A stretch of DNA of 32,000 nt from Xylella taiwanensis (lineage in GTDB: Bacteria > Pseudomonadota > Gammaproteobacteria > Xanthomonadales > Xanthomonadaceae). The position numbers were made by a program, and so were the translations under genes. The stretch is from positions 2,550,001 to 2,582,000 of the forward strand of contig NZ_CP053627.1 in the NCBI RefSeq assembly GCF_013177435.1, read 5' to 3'. Of this stretch, positions 1-12,457 are shown piece by piece (the first letter of the stretch is position 1; the number at the start of each line of letters is the position of its first letter). Below the pieces are notes generated by a model. It was given only the letters and a program-made list of their open reading frames with translations. It had not been told where the DNA came from and did no database searches.

Positions 1-759
1 AACCAGCATGCTGATGAAGCGGTCATTTACACCGCCCACTGGGATCACCTCGGCAAACCAACCGACAACCTCAGTAATGACTACACCGAGATGGCGAACA
101 ATGGTATCGGCGTGGCCGGAATCTTGGAAATCGCTGGCACATTCACCCACCAACGGCCGCGCCCGGAACGTTCGGTAGTGTTCTTAGCAACAGCATTTAA
201 AGAATCGGGCATGCTCGGCTCCAAATACTACGTGCAGCATCCCAGCTTCCCGCTCGACAAGATTGCTGGAGTCATCAACCTGGATACGATGTCGGCAAGC
301 AAACGGACACGCGATCTGACCGTTATCGGCTTCGGCAGCTCGCAACTGGAAGACATTCTCAAACCCGTCGCCGCACTCCAGGGACGCACCCTGCATGGTG
401 AAACGTCCCCGCAAAACGGCGCATATTTCCGATCGGACCATATCAACTTCGCCAAAGCGGGTGTGCCTGCGTTGTACACCCATGGCGGGGAATTTCTGCG
501 TAATGGCAGCACCATCGCTTGGCACAAGACTAATAAAAACGATGCCCCACCGCGTTACCACCCAAACGACATATACAACCCGGCAACCTGGACGTTAGAC
601 GGCACCGTCGATGACCTGCAAGCGCTGTACGAGGTGGGTCGCGCCCTAACGATCGGCGGGCAATGGCCAAATTGGTACGCAGGACATCCGTTCAAAGCCA
701 CACGCGACCGAATGATGGCGAGCAAACCGACACTGATGCTAAATACGGCAGCACAGTGA
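1..759 (+). CDS. M28-family metallopeptidase (aminopeptidase-like), 5'-truncated by the window edge
   Basis: Frame 1 is open from nt 1 (NQHADEAVIYTAHWDHLGKP...). M28-like motifs are HWDHLG, NNGIGVAGILEIA and ESGMLGSKYY. Stop codon at 757-759. Confidence 0.75.
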   Translation, partial: NQHADEAVIYTAHWDHLGKPTDNLSNDYTEMANNGIGVAGILEIAGTFTHQRPRPERSVVFLATAFKESGMLGSKYYVQHPSFPLDKIAGVINLDTMSASKRTRDLTVIGFGSSQLEDILKPVAALQGRTLHGETSPQNGAYFRSDHINFAKAGVPALYTHGGEFLRNGSTIAWHKTNKNDAPPRYHPNDIYNPATWTLDGTVDDLQALYEVGRALTIGGQWPNWYAGHPFKATRDRMMASKPTLMLNTAAQ

Positions 760-2049
760 TATGACCATAAACGAATGAAACAAGAGGCACTGCAACATCT
801 GGAACAACTTAAAACGACTCACGGCAATTCCATCCATGCGGGCCTACCGATCCCAAACACCCATTCAGCTTGGCCACCCTGTATATGCCTTGTTATGCGT
901 GTCTAGAACCTTCCCATATCCTGATGGCCGCTACCTGGTGCACTTGATATTAATCTGTCACAGCTCAACCTCCGCATCGACATCAGATAGTCAAGCAACC
1001 GTGTACACCATGAACAAGCACTGCACCTTTGGGCAACGTTTGGCATTGATGATTACAGCGGTGGAACATCATTGGCCCCTGAACAATATGGTTGAAGCAA
1101 CAACCGGTCATACCCTCACCAGCATGATATTGAGTGGGTTGCAGATCGACCCACACTCAACATTCGATAGAAAGCACCACACTGGCTCATGCCGGATCGC
1201 CCGTGAATCAACAAGCAATAACCGCCCAAGTGAACGATGCATCTCTTGCCCATATGCCCCCACCGCTGTCTCTTCATGCTCAACGACGGTCACGCATCCC
1301 ATTCAAGCAAGCGTAAGACGCTGACAACACACCGAACATAAACACGACAGTCCAATCGTGCTGACCGACAGGCAAGAACATTCGCATGTGTCACCACAGG
1401 ATTGCGTTTCCCAAAGCAAGTGATCCACGTAGTACCAGGAGAATGGCCGCATGGCATGCAATCAACACGGCGCAGGAACCTCTCCTGAAGGACAACATGA
1501 CGTGTCGTGCGCCAATCGCACATAGGCACCAGCGACCTCACACCCCATCATGCAGGTAAGAATGTCATGCTCTTGGGCGGAGCAACACTAGCTGTTCTTC
1601 CACTATTGTAGACAACCTATCCATCAAAGCGACCAACCCCAAGCACTGCGGTAAAGGGATTCGATACGCACTGTATCCAGACAACGCTCACAACACCCAG
1701 AGGCAAACAAGCAAGTGACGTCATCAACACATTGAATGACGTCACCGTGAGGCAACGCATATGCACCCCATCTCAGCAATGCAAATTGAAAACAGACTCA
1801 CCGTGCCAGTCAGTTGACCAAGCGTAAAGTCGCATGGGACATAAGGACACCGTTGCAATGTACCCGCATCTGCAACACACGACACACCGTAACCAAACGT
1901 CACGACACAGACCAACGTAGCCGTCATCACGTCTGGATAACCCGCTCACATCAAAAAATATAGGGGAGCGGTATTTTGTGCACACCTCCCAGGTACCGTG
2001 ATACCACACCGGACTGAGTCCCCCATACACATACCCCCCAACATCCTCC

Positions 2050-3168
2050 ATGCCTATTTCCTTCCTACGGCCTTTACGCACCCCCTGCTGTTTCCTAACA
2101 CTGCTCACAGCCCTGACGACAGTGGCAACAGCACCGCCAGTCTATGCTGGCAACCTCACCTATGCTGGAATCAACCTCTCTGGCGGAGAATTCAGTCCGA
2201 GTCAGAAACCAGGTGTCCTCTATAAGGACTATATTTATCCAAGTCCATCCGACTACGCTTACTTTGCCCAAAAAGGCATGAATACCGTGCGCCTCCCTGT
2301 GCTTTGGGAACGCATTCAGCCCACATTGAATGATGAACTGGATGCCACGCAACTCAGTCTGATTCTTAAAGCCGTCGAGCAAGCTAAAGCTAACAAACTG
2401 TTTGTTGTTCTCGACATCCATAACTACGGTCAACACAACGATGCGCTGATCGGCAGTGACAAGGTCCCTATCAGCGCCTTCGCTGATCTATGGAAACGTC
2501 TGTCCCTGCACTTTGCCAATGACAAATCAGTCATCTGCGGACTGATGAACGAGCCTCATGAGATCACCTCAACTGATTGGGTTCAGGCTGCCCAGGCAGC
2601 CATCAACGCGATCCGCAGCACGGGTGCAAATAACCTTGTGTTAGTGCCAGGCACTGCTTACAGCACCGCGCAAAGCTGGAATGGCACCTACTACGGCACC
2701 CCTAATGCCGAAGCGCTGCTGAAAATCCATGATCCGGCCGGAAACCTCGCGTTTGAAGTACACCAGTATCTGGATGAAGATAGCAGCGGCACTAAGGACG
2801 AATGCACCAGCACCACTGCCGGTGCCGAGAAGCTCAGTGCATTCACCGACTGGCTACGCAAGTATCACAAAATGGGGTTCCTTGGCGAGTTTGCTGCCGG
2901 CAACAACGATACCTGTAACCAGGCTCTGGAAGGCATGCTCAGCTATATCGAGCAAAACAAAGACGTCTGGCTTGGGTGGACGTCGTGGGTATCAAACCCC
3001 TGGTTTGGGCCTGATTATCCATTCAATCTGCATCCGAACGATGACGGCACCGATAAGCCGCAGATGACAATCCTGGAGCCACACGCACGTAAGATCACCA
3101 AAATAAAAAACACATCTACAAACATTAAGAACAATCAAAGCAACGTAATCCAACCGATACGAAAGTAG
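2050..3168 (+). CDS. Secreted glycoside hydrolase family 5 endoglucanase (cellulase)
   Basis: 372 aa ORF. N-terminal signal peptide ends in VYA/G. GH5 motifs are NTVRLPVLWERIQP, VVLDIHNYG, GLMNEPH (acid/base Glu) and FLGEFA (nucleophile Glu). Confidence 0.85.
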   Translation: MPISFLRPLRTPCCFLTLLTALTTVATAPPVYAGNLTYAGINLSGGEFSPSQKPGVLYKDYIYPSPSDYAYFAQKGMNTVRLPVLWERIQPTLNDELDATQLSLILKAVEQAKANKLFVVLDIHNYGQHNDALIGSDKVPISAFADLWKRLSLHFANDKSVICGLMNEPHEITSTDWVQAAQAAINAIRSTGANNLVLVPGTAYSTAQSWNGTYYGTPNAEALLKIHDPAGNLAFEVHQYLDEDSSGTKDECTSTTAGAEKLSAFTDWLRKYHKMGFLGEFAAGNNDTCNQALEGMLSYIEQNKDVWLGWTSWVSNPWFGPDYPFNLHPNDDGTDKPQMTILEPHARKITKIKNTSTNIKNNQSNVIQPIRK

Positions 3169-3589
3169 AGCCCTCCTCTTCCTCTTGCGTTCTCACAACC
3201 ATTCACTCTAACCGTGTCCGTGTCCCCAGGCCGTATCAGCATTGATCCTGTCAGTTCCTTTTAGAAATGCAGGGTCCATACTTCAAGGCATTGCTTCACA
3301 ACCGCTACACACTGAGTGAGCCGGCCATATCCAATGTGAACACATCACCATGCTTCACCCAAACAAAGCCAACACACCAAACCAAATAGCGAGGTACACC
3401 GCGTTTCGTCAACCCAACGTTATGTGTGCCGCACCCCACTGCACGCGAAAGTCCCTTTACTATCACGTGCAGTATCCGTCATAGGATCCTATTGAGCCGA
3501 CTTGCACGGCGTTAACACCGATAGGACAGATGTGTGACAACACACCCCACCGTGTGCTTAGCATCTGAACGATCTCTTACGACCGCACC

Positions 3590-3910
3590 ATGTGTTGGAA
3601 GATCGTTGACAAGGCATGCAACGCTGACATCCTGATCAGCTTCATGCAGGGCTTATCGGTGGTGCCAAAAACAAATTTTCCCTGGTACTTGATCACCTAC
3701 GTACACATCACACCAAGCCACTGTGCACTTGAAAAAGCCCCTTCGCCATATATCAAAGCGTGTGAATACTTTTTCTGAATCCCAAGCATGGGAGTTCTTG
3801 GTCACCCCACGAAGCCATTCACAGCAGACGTTTCAACTTGATCCAGCTGACCTTATCCACAATTGCTGTGGATAAGCTTGTTGGTAAGAGCGTTGCCATA
3901 CTGACAGATA
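3590..3910 (+). pseudogene. Degenerate IS630/DDE_3-type transposase C-terminal remnant, spread over two frames
   Basis: ILISFMQGL...KTNFPWYLITYVHITPSH resembles the F..FL..L...K.IFLVLDN...H.S block. After a frame change, FLNPKHGSSWSPHEAIHSRRF resembles PYSPELNPIE.VW..LK...NRRF. There is no intact ORF. Confidence 0.35.
3852..3876. promoter_or_regulatory. Perfect 10-bp inverted repeat holding two convergent consensus DnaA boxes (TTATCCACA / TGTGGATAA)
   Basis: CTTATCCACA (3852-3861), loop ATTGC, TGTGGATAAG (3867-3876). The sequence match is exact. The function is unknown. Confidence 0.3.
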
Positions 3911-4469
3911 AAAGGCTTTAACCATATGTCGAAAAAAACGGCAAAACGGGAGAAGGGGCTTAGAGCGCGAACATTTTTTTGAAAAATATTTAAATCTGCC
4001 TTACTGAAGGTCACGGTGGCGGACAACCACCGCCAGCCGTGTGATGACACCCAACAATGCAGTTGGGATCAGCTACGTGCCAATATGACGCTGCGCCACA
4101 GCCTCGACCAGAATCACGAACAGGCGATTCAGCATCAGTATCCAAAAGATGAACTCCAGCAGCACGACAAGCGTTACGGTGCCAAGGTTGATCTCGAACT
4201 CATGACCATCATCCTCGTACTTGAACTAGATTCAATCCTCACCCAAGTTATTTTTGGCATTCATGACACGATCTCTAATCTTCGTGAACACATCATCTCC
4301 TTGCTGAAGCATTCAAACTAAACCAAGTGTGTGCCAACCAACACAGGGGACAACCACCAGCACCAGGGACTGTTAACACGCATGGTGCCGAGGCGACGTC
4401 CTTGCGGCACTGAACGTATGAAGAGCACAGCAGCCCAATTCGAGTAGCGCGAACACTCTATTTTTTAAG

Positions 4470-5110
4470 CACTCTGCCGAAGCAATACGGCAACGTCAGT
4501 CTGACGAATCTACAGATGCTCGACGCCATCCTGTATCTCACTGAGTACGGCTTGACCTGCCCAGGTGCTTCGGCCACTGGTAGACAATCTACACACCCAT
4601 GAGCGGCTGGGTGAAGTGGGTCACACCGGATCAAACCCGATCCCTACGAACACGACAGCGGAGTGATAACGCCTGTGGCTGAGCACCGCGCGTCTTCTTG
4701 GACAGGGGACGTTGTCTGCCCGATCTGTCTTCTATTTTCCAGAAACGCTCGCACTCAAACGCCACGGCATGATCTACGGCAAGTTGTTGGTCTCCATCGC
4801 CCCATTGGTACACCAACAGATCGAAGTGAAACCCTATCACCCTGTCTGTCATCAGCACCACAAGCTCGTGATCTTGTATTGCTTCGATCAGCCCTGCTGA
4901 CCCTGATCACTCATGACACACTGCAACCACAACGATTGACCTGTGCTGCCGAGCACTTCGTGGTTCTCCCATGCCACGACGAACACAGCCACTCGTACCA
5001 CCGGACAGCGCCTACATGCATGCACCTGAAACCGGTGCCAATCAAAGAATCCCATCTACAGTGCGCTTTCCAGAAACGACCCAATGGACGGTGATACGCA
5101 GATCGCCCAC
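4470..5110 (+). pseudogene. Degenerate IS5-family (DUF4096-type N-terminus) transposase remnant with a frameshift and an in-frame stop
   Basis: Translation gives LQMLDAILYLTEYG. After a frame change it gives LDLPRCFGHW*TIYTPMSGWVKWVTPD, which matches the conserved LDAILYVLRTGC.WR.LP..FG.W.TIYTRM.RW.K.GV block. A weaker C-terminal echo (QCAFQKRPNGR*YADR versus ENAF.KLK..R.IATRYDK) lies near 5050-5110. Confidence 0.5.
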
Positions 5111-5429
5111 ACTGTGTTGGCAGGACGCTGCAAGCGCCTAGATTGTCTTCGGGAAACCGCAGGCAAGACGAATAGCATGAAGCTGACATCCCCCCCTGGA
5201 ACGCACCGTCACCATCGCAATCAACGACGTGACATGTGTCACCTGCCCCAATAGCGGCACAGCGCTGCACGCTGAGAGCAACGCACCGAATGGGAAACAA
5301 ACATGCGCCCCAGGGGCTCACGCGATGCCGGCAACGCACATGCACCACCACTCAATGGTTCACTCTGCAAGCACCAGCAAACGCCCCACAGGGGCATCCG
5401 ATGCTCCCCCGCAGTGCGTCAACATCCGC

Positions 5430-7052
<1,623 letters not shown>

Positions 7053-10000
7053 CTAAGCAGCACTACGTAGCGATTCGGCTAACGACTCGATACTCGCCGC
7101 CTTCGGTTTCACCAGCCAGAACCTCCCGATGTAATCCCGGAATTCGTCGAGAATCTGTTGTGCCCAAATGCTTCCCGTCAGCGCACGATGGCGGACGACC
7201 AGTGTATGCAAGTGCTGGCGATAATTCTCAAAGCCCTCAACAGAGACACGATGGATGTCGATCAACTCGTGGTTGTAGCGATCCACGAAGTCACGTTCAA
7301 TGTCCAGGACATACGCCAAGCCACCTGTGAACCCAGCACCGAAATTCAAGCCGACTTTGCCCAGCACGAGGACAACACCGTCAGTCATATACTCGCAGCA
7401 GTGATCCCCAGCACCTTCGATCACGGCCAAGGCACCGGAATTACGCACCGCAAAGCGCTCACCAACACGCCCAGCAGCAAATAGCTCGCCACCCGTCGCA
7501 CCGTACAAACAGGTATTGCCGACAATGGGTGTATTGCGTGCCTCGAAGCGCGCCCCGCGCGGCGGGCGCACCACCAGGCAGCCACCAGCCATCCCCTTGC
7601 CAACATAGTCGTTGGCTTCACCCTCCAGTTCCAGATGCAAGCCACCCACGTTGAATGCACCAAAACTTTGGCCCGCAGTCCCACGGAAACGCAAGTGCAA
7701 CGGCGCATCTTCCATGCCGTGGTTGCCATGCACACGGGCAATCGCGCCAGACAAGCGCGCACCGATCGAACGGTCTGTATTGTGGATCAGGAAGCGGTAG
7801 TCGCCACCAGCTTTATTGGCAATGGCATCGGCAAGCAAACTGTCTATCTGTACCGCCAGGCTATCCGGTGACTCATAGAGACGCTGTGCAGCGCAGTGAC
7901 TGCCTTCGTAACAGGCATTCGTCAACAACCGCGACAGGTTCACCCGCACTCCCTCGCGTGGAGCAACCTCCAACTGCTGCAACAAATCGGTGCGTCCGAT
8001 GATGTCATCCAACGACATGGCACCGAGGTAAGACAACCACTGCCGTACTTCCTCGGCAAGCAGACGAAAGAAATTCTCTACGCGCTCGGGCAAACCGGTG
8101 AAGTAGTTGCTACGCAAACGTTCGTCTTGCGTCGCAACACCGGTAGCACAATTGTTGAGGTGGCAGATACGCAGGTACTTACAGCCCAGCACAATCATCG
8201 GCGCAGTGCCGAAGCCAAAGCTGTTGGCACCCAACAACGCTGCCTTGACCACATCCAAACCAGTCTTCAAACCGCCATCAGTCTGCAAGATGGTGCGCTC
8301 ACGCAAGCCATTGGCAACCAGTGCCTGATGTACCTCGGCCACACCCAACTCCCACGGCACACCAGCGTAGCGGATCGAACTCACTGGAGAGGCACCGGTA
8401 CCGCCATCGTGACCAGAGACCGTAATCAGGTCAGCCCCCGCCTTGACCACACCCGCCGCGATCGTGCCCACGCCAACGTGCGAGACCAATTTGACTGACA
8501 CCAGGGCCTGCGGATTCACTTGCTTGAGGTCGTAAATCAACTGTGCCAGATCTTCGATCGAGTAAATATCGTGGTGCGGCGGTGGGCTGATCAGACCAAT
8601 GCCCGGTTTGGCGTAGCGCAACCGTGCGATCAGGTCATTGACCTTATGGCCAGGCAACTGGCCTCCCTCACCCGGCTTGGCACCCTGGGCAATCTTAATT
8701 TGCAGTACCTCGGCATTGATCAGGTATTCCGGGGTGACGCCGAAGCGGCCTGAAGCGACTTGTTTAATTTTTGAACGCTTCTCGGTGCCATAGCGTGCAG
8801 GATCCTCTCCCCCTTCACCGGAATTGGAACGCCCACCCAGACGATTCATTGCAATGGCGAGTGCTTCATGCGCTTCCGGTGACAATGCACCCAAGCTGAT
8901 CGCCGCCGTATCGAAACGGCGTAGGAGATCAGTCGCCGGAGCAATTCGATCCAACGGGGTCGGCGTATCCGCCTGCTTCAATTGCAGCAAATCACGCAAT
9001 GCCGATGGCGGACGCGTATGTACAGCCTCCCTATAGCGGTGCCAGTCGGCTGCATCCCCTGTCCGTGTCGCCTGTTGCAGTGCCATCACCACATCCGGGT
9101 TGTACATATGGTACTCACCGCCATGCACGTACTTCAGCAAACCACCAACCTCGGGTTTGATCTGATCGTTCCAAGCGCGTGCGGTCAGCTCACATCCATC
9201 AGCATGCAGCTGCATCAAACTGACACCGCTGATCCGCGCCGGAGTGTCCGGGAAGCACAACGCAACCACCTCCGGATCTAAACCAACGATTTCAAATAAC
9301 TGCGCGCCACGATAGCTGGCAATCGTACAGATACCCATCTTGGAGATAATTTTGGACAGCCCCTTGTAGATCCCCTTACGGTAGCTGCGACCAATCTGCG
9401 ACTGCTCACCTCCCTTCTTCAGCTTCAGGATGCCCCGTCGTCCCAAGTCAAACAGCGTCTGGTAGGACAGGTACGGATATACCGCCGTCGCTCCAAAGCC
9501 CAGCAGGCAAGCCATATGGTGCGGATCGCGAGCCGTGCCTGTCTCGATGATCAGGTTGACATCGCAACGCAACCCCACCCGGCGCAAGTGCTGATGCACC
9601 GCACCGGTCGCAAGTAATGCATGCGCCATCGGCCGCTCCGGAACCGGGTAGCGATCAGACAGTAGCAACATCACGATGCCATCGCGCGCCGCTTGTTCCG
9701 CCTCATCACACATCCTCTCGAGCCCAGCCTTCAAACCTTCGCCAACACTGTAAGAAAGGTCGATGAGTCGATTCTTTTCAAGATATTGCGGCATCCTCAG
9801 CAACTGACGCAGTTTACGTTGGCTGAGTACCGGCGAATCGAGAATGACGTGATTGACCGTTTCCGGACCCGCGTGGAAGATGTTGGTCTCCCGGCCAAGC
9901 TGGGTCGTGAGGGACATTGCGATGTTTTCGCGCAACGGATCGATCGGCGGATTCGTGACCTGCGCAAACGCTTGCCGAAAGTAGTCGTACAAGGGTCGGA

Positions 10001-11522
10001 TGTGGACGCTGAGCACCGCCATTGGGGTATCGTCCCCCATTGAGCCAGTCGCTTCCTGCTCGGTTTCGGCAAGTGGGCGCAATACCTGTTCCACTTCCTC
10101 GGTGCTGAGCTGAAACAGTTTTTGATAGCTGCGTAATGTCTGCTCGGAGAACGGCTCCTCGACCAAAGATGGATCGATCAATTCGGTTTGCAGATAGGTC
10201 ACACCCTGTTGCAACCACTGTTTGTAGGGCGCGCGCGCGCGGTTGACACGGTCGATCGCCTCGGAATCGAGCAGATCGCCGCGCTTCAGATCGATTGCCA
10301 TCATCTCGCCGGGACCAAGCTTGCCCTTACGGATCACACGCTCAGCCGGCAACTCCCATACCCCGGCCTCAGAGGCGACAAGAAAATGACGATCGGCAGT
10401 CAATACCCAGCGCGCCGGGCGCAGCCCATTGCGATCAAGCATGCAAGCCGCATAACGGCCATCGTAGGCGACGATACCGGCTGGACCGTCCCACGGCTCC
10501 GCATTCAGGCCATAAAACTCATAGAACGCTGCCAAATCGGCATCTTTGAATTCCAGCGTCCTGGTCGCCGGCGGCACCAGAATGCGCAGTGCCTGTAACA
10601 GGTCCATGCCACCAGCGATCAACAGTTCAAGCATGTTGTCCAGACTCTGCGAGTCAGAGCCTTTCATCGAAATCACCGGATCGAACTCGGCCATGTCGAA
10701 ACGCACGCTTCGCCAAACCTTACTGCGCGCCTGCGCCCAGCGGCGGTTGCCTTCGATCGTGTTGATTTCACCATTATGGGCAAGCAACCGGAATGGATGC
10801 GCCAACGGCCAGCGCGGCAAGGTGTTGGTCGAAAAGCGTTGATGGAACACGATCACGCTGGAAGACAGGTCGCTGCGCTGCAAATCCGGATAAAACACAG
10901 GCAATTTATCCGGCAACACCATGCCTTTATAAGAAACCGCATACGGTGAAAGCGTAGTGACGTGAAAATCATGGTAGTCGCACAGCTGCTGCTCGGCACG
11001 GCGACGCGCCAGGAACAACGCCAACGCGAACGCATCCTCACATTGTTCAGGATCGACATCGACGAATAACTGCTCGATGTGCGGCAACGTGTCACGTGCC
11101 AATTGACCACACACACTGTGATCGATTGGCACCACACGCCAGCCATACCGTTGCACGCCCACACGTTGCAATTCAGTTTCCAACACGTGACGACACTGTG
11201 CCGCAGCTGCACCTTCACACGGCAGAAACACCATACCGGCCGCATAACGGGAACCGAGCGCGATACCGGCCTCACAGGCCAACGCACGCAGGAAAGCATC
11301 AGGTTTACGCATCAACAGGCCGCAGCCGTCACCGGTCAGTCCATCGGCAGCAACACCGCCACGATGCGTCATGCGCGAGAGCGCAGCAATGGCAATCTCA
11401 ATCAGCGCGCGGGAAGGCTGGTCGTCCAACTGCGCAACCATGCCGAAGCCGCATGCGTCACGCTCGTCGCTGACGTCATACAGCATACTGTCTTCAATTC
11501 CTTGACGGATGTGGGAAACCAT
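7053..11522 (-). CDS. gltB: Glutamate synthase (NADPH) large subunit
   Basis: About 1490 aa. It has the Ntn-amidotransferase start ...ERDACGFGMVAQ, FMN and Fe-S central domains, and the GXGXG C-terminal domain. The likely start is M at 11522 or at 11486. The ORF-track start at 11666 is probably too far upstream. Confidence 0.9.
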   Translation of the reverse strand: MVSHIRQGIEDSMLYDVSDERDACGFGMVAQLDDQPSRALIEIAIAALSRMTHRGGVAADGLTGDGCGLLMRKPDAFLRALACEAGIALGSRYAAGMVFLPCEGAAAAQCRHVLETELQRVGVQRYGWRVVPIDHSVCGQLARDTLPHIEQLFVDVDPEQCEDAFALALFLARRRAEQQLCDYHDFHVTTLSPYAVSYKGMVLPDKLPVFYPDLQRSDLSSSVIVFHQRFSTNTLPRWPLAHPFRLLAHNGEINTIEGNRRWAQARSKVWRSVRFDMAEFDPVISMKGSDSQSLDNMLELLIAGGMDLLQALRILVPPATRTLEFKDADLAAFYEFYGLNAEPWDGPAGIVAYDGRYAACMLDRNGLRPARWVLTADRHFLVASEAGVWELPAERVIRKGKLGPGEMMAIDLKRGDLLDSEAIDRVNRARAPYKQWLQQGVTYLQTELIDPSLVEEPFSEQTLRSYQKLFQLSTEEVEQVLRPLAETEQEATGSMGDDTPMAVLSVHIRPLYDYFRQAFAQVTNPPIDPLRENIAMSLTTQLGRETNIFHAGPETVNHVILDSPVLSQRKLRQLLRMPQYLEKNRLIDLSYSVGEGLKAGLERMCDEAEQAARDGIVMLLLSDRYPVPERPMAHALLATGAVHQHLRRVGLRCDVNLIIETGTARDPHHMACLLGFGATAVYPYLSYQTLFDLGRRGILKLKKGGEQSQIGRSYRKGIYKGLSKIISKMGICTIASYRGAQLFEIVGLDPEVVALCFPDTPARISGVSLMQLHADGCELTARAWNDQIKPEVGGLLKYVHGGEYHMYNPDVVMALQQATRTGDAADWHRYREAVHTRPPSALRDLLQLKQADTPTPLDRIAPATDLLRRFDTAAISLGALSPEAHEALAIAMNRLGGRSNSGEGGEDPARYGTEKRSKIKQVASGRFGVTPEYLINAEVLQIKIAQGAKPGEGGQLPGHKVNDLIARLRYAKPGIGLISPPPHHDIYSIEDLAQLIYDLKQVNPQALVSVKLVSHVGVGTIAAGVVKAGADLITVSGHDGGTGASPVSSIRYAGVPWELGVAEVHQALVANGLRERTILQTDGGLKTGLDVVKAALLGANSFGFGTAPMIVLGCKYLRICHLNNCATGVATQDERLRSNYFTGLPERVENFFRLLAEEVRQWLSYLGAMSLDDIIGRTDLLQQLEVAPREGVRVNLSRLLTNACYEGSHCAAQRLYESPDSLAVQIDSLLADAIANKAGGDYRFLIHNTDRSIGARLSGAIARVHGNHGMEDAPLHLRFRGTAGQSFGAFNVGGLHLELEGEANDYVGKGMAGGCLVVRPPRGARFEARNTPIVGNTCLYGATGGELFAAGRVGERFAVRNSGALAVIEGAGDHCCEYMTDGVVLVLGKVGLNFGAGFTGGLAYVLDIERDFVDRYNHELIDIHRVSVEGFENYRQHLHTLVVRHRALTGSIWAQQILDEFRDYIGRFWLVKPKAASIESLAESLRSAA

Positions 11523-12457
11523 GGATGCCTTATTGCGATCATTGGAAAGCGGCAATACCTTATCCGCCGCTCTTGCCGTGGAGCGTTCTGAATAAATCGC
11601 CTGGTCCCCGACTAAATCACAGTTGCTCCAGCACCGCAACTCACTGTTACACCTGCAACGAGACACACCACACGGTACTTTGTCACAGCAAAGCCACGTT
11701 CACTTCCTGAGATACTCAACGTAGGCATTTTCAAGCGTGGCAGTGTGGCCAACACCACACAACGTGCTGCACCTCTCAATGACATTGAAAGACGCGACTC
11801 GCATCGAAATCCCTGCCGGCTGACCACATACTTCACTGTCAAAATGAGCGTTGCGCTATATGGAATATGCTCAGTTGTGGTCAGTGTTTGATCACACACG
11901 GGACTGACAGGATATCGACACTACCAAGTCAAACTGCCTCATTAGCATCACACCTCCAATCAGCCATGATTGCGCACCCTGCACCCATCAAACATCGCCT
12001 GGCCAATCAAACGTCCCCTGCACACTGAAAGATTTGGGCGCCCCGCTTGCAGTTGCAGCGCTAGACGCTGCTGTTCCATATGTGATGTTTGGATCGATCA
12101 ACACGTGTTGTGTCGTTTTGTGTCGTTGCCATCCGATGCAAGCTCATGTGGTGAGTTCAGTACGATTATCAGCGAGCTCCAATATGCCCGCCCAACCCAT
12201 CAACGCAAGGCATGATGTCAGCTGCTCACGCTCAGATTGCGACTGCAGCGCATCAATCATGTTGAAGACGATGAGCAGCAGATCCAATGCCACACCCACC
12301 TATGCCTCCAGCACCAATACATCGACAAAATCAACGCGCCCCAGCAATTCGCATTGCAATCTGATTCTCATGTCCGATCAAGACAAGGGTCGACAGCCCC
12401 TGCACCATCGACCGTCAACAAGGGCTACCATGACCACACCTCATCGCCATCTCTGCT

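Noticed and set aside
3852-4000. The DnaA-box palindrome plus the AT-rich stretch as a chromosomal origin (oriC).
   Set aside because: I found only two boxes in the window. There is no dnaA, dnaN or gidA context and no cluster of additional boxes or 13-mer-like repeats. The site also abuts an IS remnant. It is kept only as a low-confidence curiosity.
4016-4321. A 101 aa ORF between the two IS remnants.
   Set aside because: It has no recognisable motifs, sits inside a decayed region, and has Q/H/D-rich composition. There is not enough support to call it a gene.
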